In this document: positions 44,127-54,693 of the stretch, piece after piece
How positions within the stretch are numbered: the first letter of the stretch is position 1
Layout of the letters: every line of letters begins with the position of its first letter
Assembly (NCBI GenBank): GCA_000091205.1
Contig: AP006502.2
Strand: one strand, 5' to 3'
Length of the DNA: 64,000 nt
From: Cyanidioschyzon merolae
Lineage: Eukaryota
Translations under genes and position numbers: made by a program
Notes under the pieces: model-generated
What the model was told of the DNA's origin: nothing
Database searches by the model: none
What the model saw: the letters and a program-made list of their open reading frames with translations, nothing else

Positions 44127-47100
44127 GTAAACGAGGAATTTTGAAGCTAGGAAAGTTCGAAATGATGCGTAGGAATATCGATGAATGGAACACAACGATC
44201 GTCAACCAATTGTCGAGGAAACTCGTTACCAGAGGGTGTGCACAGGGCCGTCGCATTCTATCTCCCTTGGCTGCTGATTTGTTTCGCATCGAAAGTCTTC
44301 AGCGTTTCAGTGCAATGTCCAAACAGAGCACGAAACGAGCCAATGGAAATTTCTCTCGATGCAAAGCTGCTGGCCGCTTCGACTGCATAAGGCATTTCCG
44401 AATGCTGACCGCGACATTCAAGTTTCGGTGCAGAAAACGCTTCCACATATCGCTGCTTGTGGCGTGACAGCATTGCGAATCCTGTCGCCTTCGATTCGCG
44501 TGCCGCTTGAATTGCGCTCAGCTTACCGTACACCATCTCATGCTTCCGTCCGTATTTGACGCTCTTTTTCTCTACCTGTCACAACAACGCTCCCCTGCGC
44601 TCGTGATACGTGCATGCCGTCCTGAAGTTGCCGGTAGGAGTCGTGTAGAATCGATTTCTGGACTCGTTGTACGCTCTCGTTGGAGGAGCACGAGTGCAGC
44701 CTGCGCGTTCTGTAGCACCTCCATCGCCATAGGCTACCAATGAGCAAAGCGATGAGTCGGTTATTTCTTTTCCCAAAACTTTGAACAAAAATGATGAGTA
44801 TATATGGTTCTTGCCTCCATTCAGTGGACGTGGTCGGCGCTCGGAACGCGGCCTCACGAACTCCCTCCAATGAAGGTCCGCTTGAGGCGTTTAAAAGCGC
44901 TTGCACTCTCTGCATAATGTGTACAGAGCATGCCGTTCTGCTAATAGCGGAGCCCGTTGCGTCGAACCGGGTCCGAACACCGTCATTCCAATCACTGGTC
45001 TGGCTCCTGGTATCGCTCATGACTGACGCTCGACAACGCCGATCCCGGGGAGACTTGAGCCGCTTCAGACGCTTCTCGTTCACGTCTCTGGCACTGTCGT
45101 TTGATTTAGAGGCATGGCGACTGCCATGATGTACTGGAACACGGGACCCACGCTGCTAACGAGTTCTTTCTTTTCATCTGCCGCGAATGAATGAAAATGA
45201 GTCTCGTTGCTAAACTCAGGCCGATGCTTCGCAAACCGCGTGTAGATTGATATTCGAACAGTCTATATCCTGGTTGTACGCTTGTTAACATTTCCGGTTG
45301 GTGAACAAGTAAACTTGGAAGAATTCTGCTAATGCGCTTTGCGAAGTTGTCCGAGTGCTTCATATTTATGCGCAGAGACCAGCACCTGCATCGCCTGCTG
45401 CTCACCGCGGTTCCATGGATGTGATCGCTATACTCCATATTCGTGTTTTTCTCTAGATCGAGATGTACTGGTGGGCGTTAGGACCGGGACTTGCCTCCTC
45501 TGTGAATGTACATTTGGACTGTTCCCCGGGTACGTTAACGTCACCTTATGCGTCGCGTGCACGCGCTCGAGCCGCAGTCAGCCTTTTTGCTCCTGCTCGC
45601 GCAGCAGGATATCACCAGCAACAGGGCACGTCAGGGCTGGTGCAGGTGAACACAAGTTTCATCTAATGACGGTGATACGAATATGAACGACGTGTTTGTT
45701 GATCCTTGAATGTCGAACTGGCATTAGACGACAGAGAAGACCCATTGGACCGATGGGAACCGCACAGGGTCAGTTGGCACGAACAGCACATGCACCTCAA
45801 TCTCAGCGATGTATTCTTGGACCGCTTTTTATTGATGAGAAGCGACGTTGTCTAAGAGCAAGAGAGAAGAATCTGGCACGGGGAAGGCAGGAAGTGCTTC
45901 GACGACGAATGAGCTCCTGAGCCTGGCTTCCCGTTTCGGGAGTCGCACGCGACCACACAAAGCCATCCCGCTGGTGCTGATGTTTTTGGAACACCCGCTT
46001 GTCTCTTCTTTGCAACCAGCGGAATTTCTTCATTGTAAGTACCTATGTACAAGTCTTCCGTTTCTGCCGCATAGACTCTCATTGAATAAGACGAGAGCCC
46101 ATCGCTCGTTTCATGAGTGTTTGAGATTCGCCACAAAATTTCCAGGACGTTGTTGAATGCACTGCGGTCGCCCGTAAAAGCGTGCATATCCCTATGTCCA
46201 TCCTTCTCTCTTCATCAACGCCCAGATAAACGATACGCAGACTTCAGAGCATGTGGCAACTCTGGTAGAATTCTGTAGAGAACTTATGCTTGGAATCCAT
46301 TGATGTGGAGACGATCGTGTAGGCAGAGTTTCACAAGTTCAGATGTAGGTGTATGACGTCCTCGTTAAGGAGTGCGCGAAGCGTGGTTCTTCCACCCACC
46401 GCTCGTAGATTGGCGAACGCGTGGAATCAAGGTCGTTTTTCGCATATTTGCGGTGATAGCATAAAGTATCTTAACGAGCGCGCTCTCCAATCAACTGGAT
46501 AAATTCCTTTTGCTGAACACCTACGAAAACAATAAACGAAACAACGAAGCGTGTCGCCGCATGTCATCCATTACTGCAATACGCTTTGCGTATAGCGGTA
46601 ATCAAGGTGGCCTCTGGCGGCTTTCGCGTGCGTCCTTAGCGATGGTGAAGAGTCGAGGCTTTGAACCGACCAGCCACGTCGTGGACCGCAACAATGCGGA
46701 TACATCTGCCTTCAACGAGCATCATGTACGGGATCCATTCTTTATTGGATGTTCGGTAGAGCGATCGCACGGCTGGCGTGCAGTCCGGCTGATACCAGCC
46801 ATGCAACCACCAGCGAAACGGCACTGAAAAGCGCACATCTTACTTACACTACGTATCTGGGATGTAGGGTGGTAGTGCGTACCGGACCAGCACGAGGTAA
46901 TGTGCTTTGCGCAAGGACTGGGGCACGTCAACTGTTTTGGCGAATGTATCGAAAGATGCATCGCGTTGATGCCGGAAATGCTCTTCGAAGATTCAGAGCT
47001 TCCAACTGCTAGAGAATGCGCGCTATGAAACCAGCCATATACCCCTGTTCGCTGAAACCGAGGACCTCAGGAACACCGCCACGGCAAGCGGTTACGAGCC

Positions 47101-47259
47101 TGCGTCCGAATGTAACGCCAATGACGCGTCGGACTCGTGCGACCGGTTCATTTTGTACCACGCGAGCGCTCTAACCCAGTCACGCGACGATGCAATCGAG
47201 AAGCCGAATAATCGCTGGATCTTGAGTCACGAATGTAGGGAACACCCGCATGAACGCGC

Positions 47260-47820
47260 TCAGCGACGCGGACGTACGATGCGCGGTCGCACGCCCGGGA
47301 GGCCTCGTCGTTGGTTCGGATTCAGCATGAACAACTCCATTTGCTGTGCGTTTTGAGGCAATGGCAAACCCTCTTGCAGTCGCGCCCGGATCCAGTCGTG
47401 TAAGAACTTAGCTTGCGTTAGTCTATCCACTAGAGTCTCCACAAGGTGTTCCTCCTTGCCGATCGCCTGTGCCAGTGAACGCCGTTCCGCACGTCGCATC
47501 TGCAATAGACGCGCTTTCTGTTCAGCAGTTAGAAGCCGGATGAGCTCTTCCTGCTCATTTACATCTTTTAAAAACGGATCACTCTGGGCGTTCGAAAGTC
47601 GATTCCAGAGACTGCTGCCAAAGCCGGCGGCGTCCCGCAGTTTCCGCAAGAGTGCACCGTACTCGTCCGGTCCGAAACGCTCACACGCCGACAAGTGCTC
47701 CATTTGTGTACGGAACATGTCCTTTTCACGGAGCGCTTGTGTCTTTTCCTGTGTTCGCTCAAGCCACGAGCGCCAGAAACGAGCAGGGCCCGCTAACACG
47801 CCCCGTGTAGGACGCAGCAT
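47260..47820 (-). CDS. Hypothetical protein; charged and helical in character, with an LTAEQKARLLQMRR motif
   Basis: The 186-aa ORF has coherent protein-like composition. I recognised no family. It could be a spurious GC-rich ORF. Confidence 0.25.
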   Translation of the reverse strand: MLRPTRGVLAGPARFWRSWLERTQEKTQALREKDMFRTQMEHLSACERFGPDEYGALLRKLRDAAGFGSSLWNRLSNAQSDPFLKDVNEQEELIRLLTAEQKARLLQMRRAERRSLAQAIGKEEHLVETLVDRLTQAKFLHDWIRARLQEGLPLPQNAQQMELFMLNPNQRRGLPGVRPRIVRPRR

Positions 47821-48968
47821 GTCGTGCGAACCAGACGCGGCTTCACGCCTCGTTCCTTAAAAACAACTACGACTCAAGGATACTAGACGGTACAGGCACA
47901 GCGTATAGAAACTCCAACACAGGCATACAAGTCGTTCGAAGCACAAATGCCAACCAACTTTTCGCTTAAGAACGCGAGTTGTACAAAAGCCCGTGCGCGC
48001 CTTCGATGGCGTTCAGTGAGGCGCGTTTGGTAAAGCACCCGCACGCTTCTGCGTGAACGCCTCGCCGCACGTTTCTGTTTCCCAGAACGTTTCCAGGGAC
48101 CATGGATGGCGGCTTTCGGGATGGAATTTGGCATTCATGAAAGCATCCATCATGCTACACCCCATGTTCAAGCTCCATCACTCATACGTTGCCATGGATA
48201 TTCTGGTCGTTTCATACGTTCTATCGTTCGCAGTGTGACTGACTTGCTGCACCCGCCTTGGTGCCTAGACTGCTGATGCGAATGCAGCACGGAGACGGAA
48301 CGGCTTGGCCATACCGCTGAAGGCGTCAGCTTGAGGCATCATTTCTATGGCATGGGGTCGTCGGAACTCATCCTTCTTCTGGGAGCCTGGAAACTGCGCA
48401 GACGGACACACTGCCTGCGATTACGCGAAGCGATACGCTAGGAGTCCACCGCGTCCAGGGCGACGCCGAGACGCAGCCTTACCACTCCGAATCCCAGCGT
48501 GAACTGCGTAATGGACGAGCTGCTCAGATCTCGTTCTATCGTCTGGCACCGCAGAGGCACCTGGAGCACGAACCCGGCAGACTCGTCCGGCTCGCCGGAC
48601 CTGCCGCCTAGAAGGTAAACAATCGAAAAACCGAAAAACGTTTCCCCCTTTCAACGCTCACCTCAGAGGTGCAACGAAATTCTTCTCGAATCGATCGCAA
48701 GTGTTTCGTCTCTGTTCCTCTTTGCCTAGCGGTAATGCCGTCGCATCGACGTGCTGCAATGCTGCACCACCACAACAACGACGAACGCGGACGCTCACGG
48801 CGGACTCGGCGCACAATACAACGTCAGAAACGACCAGTATGTCGACGCGAGCGATGGACCGTACAACTTGGAGGCAGCATGCATCATGATGGACGCGTCT
48901 CCCATCCCGGATGTTCATTGCGTTATCGGTGATCCGGGGCCGCGGCAAACGCACTGCTGCCGCCGCAC

Positions 48969-49200
48969 GAAAGCATCCAGCGCCAGTGGCAGGCTGCATC
49001 GGAAAAGCACCCACACCCTGGGCGAGGAAAGCATCCAGCGCCAGTGGCAGGCTGCATCGGAAAAGCACCCGCACCCTGGGCGAGGAAAGCATCCAGCGCC
49101 AGTGGCAGGCTGCATCGGAAAAGCACCCGCACCCTGGGCGAGGAAAGCATCCAGCGCCAGTGGCAGGCTGCATCGGGAAAGCACCCGCACCCTGGGCGAG
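48969..49200. repeat. 58-bp minisatellite, 4 tandem copies
   Basis: The unit gaaagcatccagcgccagtggcaggctgcatcggaaaagcacccgcaccctgggcgag starts at 48969, 49027, 49085 and 49143. It lies about 115 bp upstream of the eIF2A start codon (49315). Confidence 0.9.
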
Positions 49201-49314
49201 TGCCGACGGCCTCGTTGCCATGCACGCTGCCCAGCGGCAGCGCTTGCAAGCTGTAGCGCGCTACCGGTGATACCACGCTGGGCTAGAGGCGTCCGTTGAG
49301 AGCGTTTTCAAGGC

Positions 49315-51129
49315 ATGGATAGCGTACCTCCAGTCGCGTCGGAGCTGTTCATTAGGAGTCGCGAGTCCGCTCAAATAGTGCGGTTGCGACGACTCGCGTC
49401 TATCGAGGAAGACGCAGCGCGGCTGCAGCTCAGCGCTGACGCGGGGCTCGACACGGCAACGAGCTTACCCGGTGTGCCACCTGGCCTGGCGTCGAGTACG
49501 GTAGCGCAGTTTTCACTACCTGACGGCAACTTGTTGCTCTGGGTCGACCCCGACACCCGAGCCTGTACCGTTTTTCGAGTTGGTGCCCCGGGCGAGCCGC
49601 TCGAGCCGGTGACCCGAGTCGGTGGCACTGCCCAGGACGAGTTTATACAGGATGCCGCCTTTTCCCCGTGCGGGGCCTTCTTGGTGACCTGGTCTCGGCC
49701 GCACGAACGTTTGGCAGACGGAAACTTACGGATCTGGCGGTGCGCAACTGGCGAAGCGGTGCGGGCGTTTCCGCATCGACACCACAGCGCTACTGCGTTT
49801 CCGTACGTCCAGTGGACAGCCGACGAACGGTATGCCTTGCACGCAGTCGCCAACGCACTTGACGTCTACGATGGCTCAAAGCTGGAGCAACCACCCTTGT
49901 TGCGCATCGCGATCCCTGGTCTTGTGCAGTTTGCCGTCGCGCCGGAGGCAGTTGCTGCTGCGGTCGGAGCGTTGGACCTAGCGTACGTCGCTACTTTTGT
50001 TCCCGAAAGTGCGAACGGGGCACCCGCTGTAATTCAGGTCTGGGCGATCGGGTCCAGCAGTGCCATTCGTTCTCGACATGGAGAAGTGGACGGCTTGCCG
50101 GCTAGCGGCAAAGAGGCGCGCTGCGCCGTTCCTGTTGCGAGTCGGCGAGTATACCGAGCACAACATGTAGAATTCTACTGGTCACCGAAAGTTTACGGTT
50201 CTGGTAGCAGCCCGTCACTGGTGATACGCACTAGTCACGATTACGATGTACATGGTCGCTCGTACTACGGCGAATCGAGCGCCCACTTCCTGTACCTGGG
50301 GAATAAATCGGAACAGAGCAGGGAGCCTGCCAGAGATCCGGCATCGATGCCGGAGGGACCCATCCACGACATCGGTTGGTCACCGACTGGACGCGAGTTT
50401 GTGATCGTCCATGGGACAACGCCGGCGCGGGCGACCCTCTTTCACGGGACAGGCACGGCAACCTTTGATTTTGGAACCGGACCTCGGAACCGTGTCTCTT
50501 GGTCACCACACGGGCGCTTCTTAGCACTGGCCGGGTTTGGCAGCATGTCAGGGAACGTGCAGATATGGGATCGGAACAAGAAGAAACTGATCGGTCAGTT
50601 TCAGGCCGAATGCACCACGCACTGGCAGTGGTCTCCGTGTTCGCGCTTTTTCCTCGTGGGCGTTTGTTATCCGCGAATGAAGGTCGACAATGGATTTCGC
50701 ATTTTCAAGTATGATGGCACGCTCGTCTATGAGCGCAAAATGCCCACCACACAGCTCTATCAGGTCGAGTGGCGAGCACGAGTCCCGGAGCAGTTTCCGG
50801 ATCGGCCAGTGTCTCCGCAGGTATTAACGAGTATGCGCAAAATGGCAGAGCAGATGACTGCCAACACGGATGCTTCGCAAAAGGGAAATGGTTCCGTCGC
50901 CAGTGCAGTAGCGGGAAACCAGACGCGTCCGAGTGGCGCCTATATCCCACCGCATCTTCGACGGCAGGTTATTGAGAACGGTGTTTCGATGCCCCCGCTG
51001 AAACTCCACGAACACGAGGCACCTCAGAGTCTCGTGTCTGGGCCGTTCCTGACCAAATCACAACGCAAGAATCGGAAGAAGAAAGAACGGGAAGCTCGGC
51101 AACAGCAGCAGGATATACCGTCGGTTTAG
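49315..51129 (+). CDS. EIF2A: Eukaryotic translation initiation factor 2A (eIF2A), WD-like beta-propeller
   Basis: WSPTGREFVIVHGTTPARATLFH...FDFGTGPRNRVSWSPHGRFLALAGFGSMSGNVQIWDRNKKKLIGQF...WQWSPCSRFFLVGVCYPRMKVDNGFRIFKYDGTLVYE...LYQVEWR aligns almost residue for residue with human eIF2A (WSPTGREFAVVYGFMPAKATVFN...FDFGTGPRNAAYYSPHGHILVLAGFGNLRGQMEVWDVKNYKLI...RLRVNNGYKIWHYTGSILHK...LWQVSWQ). Confidence 0.85.
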   Translation: MDSVPPVASELFIRSRESAQIVRLRRLASIEEDAARLQLSADAGLDTATSLPGVPPGLASSTVAQFSLPDGNLLLWVDPDTRACTVFRVGAPGEPLEPVTRVGGTAQDEFIQDAAFSPCGAFLVTWSRPHERLADGNLRIWRCATGEAVRAFPHRHHSATAFPYVQWTADERYALHAVANALDVYDGSKLEQPPLLRIAIPGLVQFAVAPEAVAAAVGALDLAYVATFVPESANGAPAVIQVWAIGSSSAIRSRHGEVDGLPASGKEARCAVPVASRRVYRAQHVEFYWSPKVYGSGSSPSLVIRTSHDYDVHGRSYYGESSAHFLYLGNKSEQSREPARDPASMPEGPIHDIGWSPTGREFVIVHGTTPARATLFHGTGTATFDFGTGPRNRVSWSPHGRFLALAGFGSMSGNVQIWDRNKKKLIGQFQAECTTHWQWSPCSRFFLVGVCYPRMKVDNGFRIFKYDGTLVYERKMPTTQLYQVEWRARVPEQFPDRPVSPQVLTSMRKMAEQMTANTDASQKGNGSVASAVAGNQTRPSGAYIPPHLRRQVIENGVSMPPLKLHEHEAPQSLVSGPFLTKSQRKNRKKKEREARQQQQDIPSV

Positions 51130-52400
51130 TATATATGCAGCATGTGTCGTTGGAAGTTCACCGGGTCGAACGCGAACGCCACCGAAAGACCAAGCGAGCA
51201 GGTTGCGGACGAAAGGGGGCAGGGCTATTGCCGTTGCGCTTATCCTGCATCAAGAGGCCTGCATACAAACACACACAAAAGAATAGATACACACATACAC
51301 ACAGATGTGTTTTTATCTTGCTTCTGTGAGCACATGGAGCGTGGATCTGGTAGCTTGCCTCGTGTCTCGGTCGCGACTCGCGTCTCCAGTGGGAGTTTTT
51401 GCCTTGCTCGCCACCACAGTAGCTCGCTGTTGTCCTTCATGTTCAGCACACGCGACACTGAGGTCGGGCGTTGCAGCGGATACTGAGCTGCTCGATGAAT
51501 ACCCTCGTCCTGTTGTTAAACGCTTTCCAACACGTCAGCAGGCAACTTGCTGATGGGCGTTATGGGCGTCACGCTGCTCCATAAATGCCTGATTCTTTGT
51601 GTGAAACGCGTTCCATCATGTCCATGAGTGAAAAGCGGTGCACTGCGAAAACCCCATGGTCTCCAAGTACGATCCAGTGGCGACCGCTCCGCATGCCGTG
51701 CTTCCAGGATGATTACCCTGGTACGCACCTGCTGCGCTTGTTCGATGCCTCGTCGCGTACAGGCTCTTGCACTCGGTCGTCGGCATCGTCTGAACTCCAA
51801 GCGCACAGTTCGTCTTGTCGAGACGCGGATACATCGGGAGCAGGCTAATGCACCAGGCTACTGAGCCAGGCACGATAGCAGGGCACGCCCTGCCTTCACT
51901 GGATAGTGCCTCAACCAATTCTGTTCGTTTGATTCTAGGTCGCGTGTATAATCACCGGCGGGTGTTTCGCTCAAGATAGAACGGAAACGCTCACGAGATA
52001 GAAAACAAGCCTTGCAGCACGAGCAGCAGCAGCACAAGCAGCTTGCTTTCGAAGTCTATCTTGCAAGCCAAGGCGCTCTTGTTCCGGTTGTGCCTCGACT
52101 CGCAGCGCCTCCTGCTCGTGCTGGTGACGCTCGAGACGCTGTCATGACTGCACGTCTACTATCCAACATCTGCGTCAGTCGAAGCGGTACCCGAACACGA
52201 CAATTCGGTGCTCAATGAGGATCCAGTGCGGGCTCGGGCCGGCCTCGACAACACGTCCCAACACGCGACCACGCTCTCTTCATCGTCGTTGCTATCGCGG
52301 AGGCGTTGTCTCGAGCCGGTGCTGCTCAGAGGCGTCTGCGGAGGATAAGCGGCCTTCGTCGCGTTGGTCAGGTGCCTTCAAGCTGATCCAGTGCCGTTTG

Positions 52401-53230
52401 GTTCGCTTCGATAGCGTCTGTGTGGAACACGGTATTGTACATAGCGAGCCAAGTACTGGCAGGAAGGTAGGTGAATCTACAGTGGAGATCAAGTCGAGAA
52501 ATGCCGATGTGTCCATACCCATTTGGTGCAACGCTGAGACGCACACCACCCTGGATGTGATCGCTGCTGTGACTCGAGCGCAAGTCCGTATCCCCTGTCT
52601 GTGCAGACGGAAGCTTCTCGGAGCGTCTGGGAGCGTCTGGGAGCTTCTGGGAGCGTCTAGGAGCGTCTAGGAGCGTACCACGTTAGCGGTATCGTGGTGG
52701 TGCTGTCGGATATCGTGACGTCGATGGCCACCAAGAGCGGAGCATTTGCCTTTCGAGCGGAGTCGATTTTTCCACGACAAGTTGAGTGAGCGCTCAGCAG
52801 CAGACGCGTATGAAAGAACGCCCCGTCGAGCAACAATATCGAGTGTGTTTCGTCGCTCGTCTAGGAGCACGAATCGCTGCGCCCCCTAGTTGCGTTGAAA
52901 CACCCGGGCTCAACATTTGAGCCGTGCATGCCCTGAGCATGCTACGCGTACCGGAAAGAGACGCGTGGACGCTTGTACGTATGCACTGGCTACTGGTGTT
53001 GGTTCCCGTACGAGTGCTTGCCCGATGACGCTGCACATGATGGTGATTTCGGTCACATAACAACGTCCCGTTGCAGATAGCTCCAGTAGCCACGCCAAAG
53101 CACCGACCCGGACTGCCGACACCACCCCTGCATCCATCATTGCTGGTTGCTGCTCTCGGAATCCCAATGCTTTACATCTAAACGATTCAGAAAGCATCCA
53201 AACTCGGAATAAGCGCACATCATTCAATAT
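52401..53230. repeat. Left copy of a ~0.82 kb direct repeat (more than 97% identical to 57898..58706)
   Basis: It begins ttcgcttcgatagcgtctgtgtggaacacgg and ends ...gcgcacatcattcaatat. It contains an internal 10-bp array (ggagcgtctg) with 6 copies here vs 4 in the right copy. Identical minus-strand ORF translations appear in both copies (MVCVSALHQMGMDTSAFLDL..., MATGAICNGTLLCDRNHHHV...). Confidence 0.9.
52618..52680. repeat. 10-bp tandem array (ggagcgtctg)x6 inside the left direct repeat
   Basis: Direct reading: gagcgtctgggagcgtctgggagcttctgggagcgtctaggagcgtctaggagcgtacc. Confidence 0.85.
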
Positions 53231-53255
53231 TCCATTTTACGCCAAACCGCGCGTC

Positions 53256-54554
53256 CTAGCCGGAACTCTGGGTGCCAACGACAGCCTCTGTATCCGTCGA
53301 CACTGGCACTCGCTGACGCCATGCATTGGCGCCTGCGATACCCAGCAACAGCACGAGTCCAGTAAGCGGCATACGACGAAAATGTCGCATACAATCCGCG
53401 GGATCATCGAGACGAACTCGCTGTATTTGATGGAAAAGCTGCGCACCTACCAACGTGACGCCCGCATAAAACGGCCACGGCTGTTCAGAAACTACCCCAA
53501 CGAGCGTCAAGCTTGCAACCATGCCAGCAGCAAAGCCCCGTAACCAGGTCTTGGCATGCACTTCGCCAAAACGCAGCGCAGTGGAGCCTACACCCAGCCG
53601 TCTATCCGTGTACTTGTCCTGGTGTGCGTAGATGGTATCGTAGACCAGGGTCCAGCACCAGCCGGCACCGTACAACGGGAGTACAACGCGCCACGCCATG
53701 GACCCGTCCGTAGCCGCAGACCAACCCAGCAACACACCCCAGTTGAAGGTGAGTCCAAGGACAGCCTGAGGCCACATGGTGACCCGCTTCGCCAGCGGAT
53801 ACAACGTCGCCGGCACCAACGCTGTGACACCCGTCAGAAACGTTGTCGAGTGGAGTAGGTCGCGGATCTGGTGCACCCCGAAGCGTTGAGCCCGCTGCTG
53901 AGCTGGCGTCGATATCCAGAGCAGGATCGGAAACCCCGCAAGCGTCTGTGCAGCCGCGAAACCGAGTCCCTGGCCTAGGTGAAGGCGTCCAGAAGCGAGC
54001 GGTCGTTGGCGAGTTCGGATAGTCTGCTTGTCGATGTCCCGGTCCCACAAGTCGTTTATGGTACAGCCGGCACCCCGTAGTAGGAATGCACCAGCCAAAA
54101 ACGCGCCTTGTAGACGGAGACTGCCCACAGGCGAAGTAGTCGGCTGTACTGGCGGCTCGGTGCCGTGGCCTGCGCTCGTTGTCGACTCGAGTCCAGCGGC
54201 CAGTGCGATGCTCCAGGCTCCTGGCAAGTAGAGCAGCCAGACACCAGTTGGTTTGTCCCAGCGGGCAAGCTGCGCGTAGGGCGCAACCCGTTGCACCAGT
54301 CTTGTCCAGAGTGACGGAGCAACCTGAACCATGACGCCAGCCGGACCGCGGCTACGCTCGTAGGGTAGACGACGAGTCGTCAGCAGAACGCCAGCGTCCG
54401 AGAGGTCGCGCACGTTTCCCCAAGGCTGACGACGTCCAACAACAACAACAACAACAACAAAAACAACAGCAGTGCCTATGGGTGTCGTTTCCCATGGTCT
54501 CGTGTGGAAGCACAGACGATGTTGCCGGAACCTGGCTGACTTCCAGTGAGGCAC
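53256..54554 (-). CDS. COQ2: 4-hydroxybenzoate polyprenyltransferase (COQ2/UbiA family), mitochondrial ubiquinone biosynthesis
   Basis: Carries the UbiA motifs [23 protein letters not shown] and [26 protein letters not shown] (COQ2: [25 protein letters not shown]) and has multiple TM segments. The N-terminal ORF extension runs through a (CAA)n microsatellite, giving poly-Val; a more likely start is the Met at about 54332 (MVQVAPSLW...). Confidence 0.85.
   Translation of the reverse strand: [432 protein letters not shown]
54438..54471. repeat. (CAA)n microsatellite; it encodes poly-Val in the minus-strand N-terminal extension of the COQ2 ORF
   Basis: caacaacaacaacaacaacaaaaacaacagcag, read directly. 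Confidence 0.9.
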
Positions 54555-54693
54555 TTATCGTTGCGGGAGAAAGCGTCCGAATAGCGAGAACGTTGACCCG
54601 GTACTCGAGTCGTCAACGACACCCTTGACGGAGCACAGCGCTTTTTGCGGTATATGAGCGCAACTTGCGCGACGCTCGCGAGCCAGCCGCGCC

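Noticed and set aside
48658-49299. Multiple overlapping 60-190 aa ORFs on both strands around 48.7-49.3 kb
   Set aside because: All are generated by the 58-bp tandem repeat, and identical peptides recur with repeat periodicity. This is a repeat artefact, not coding sequence.
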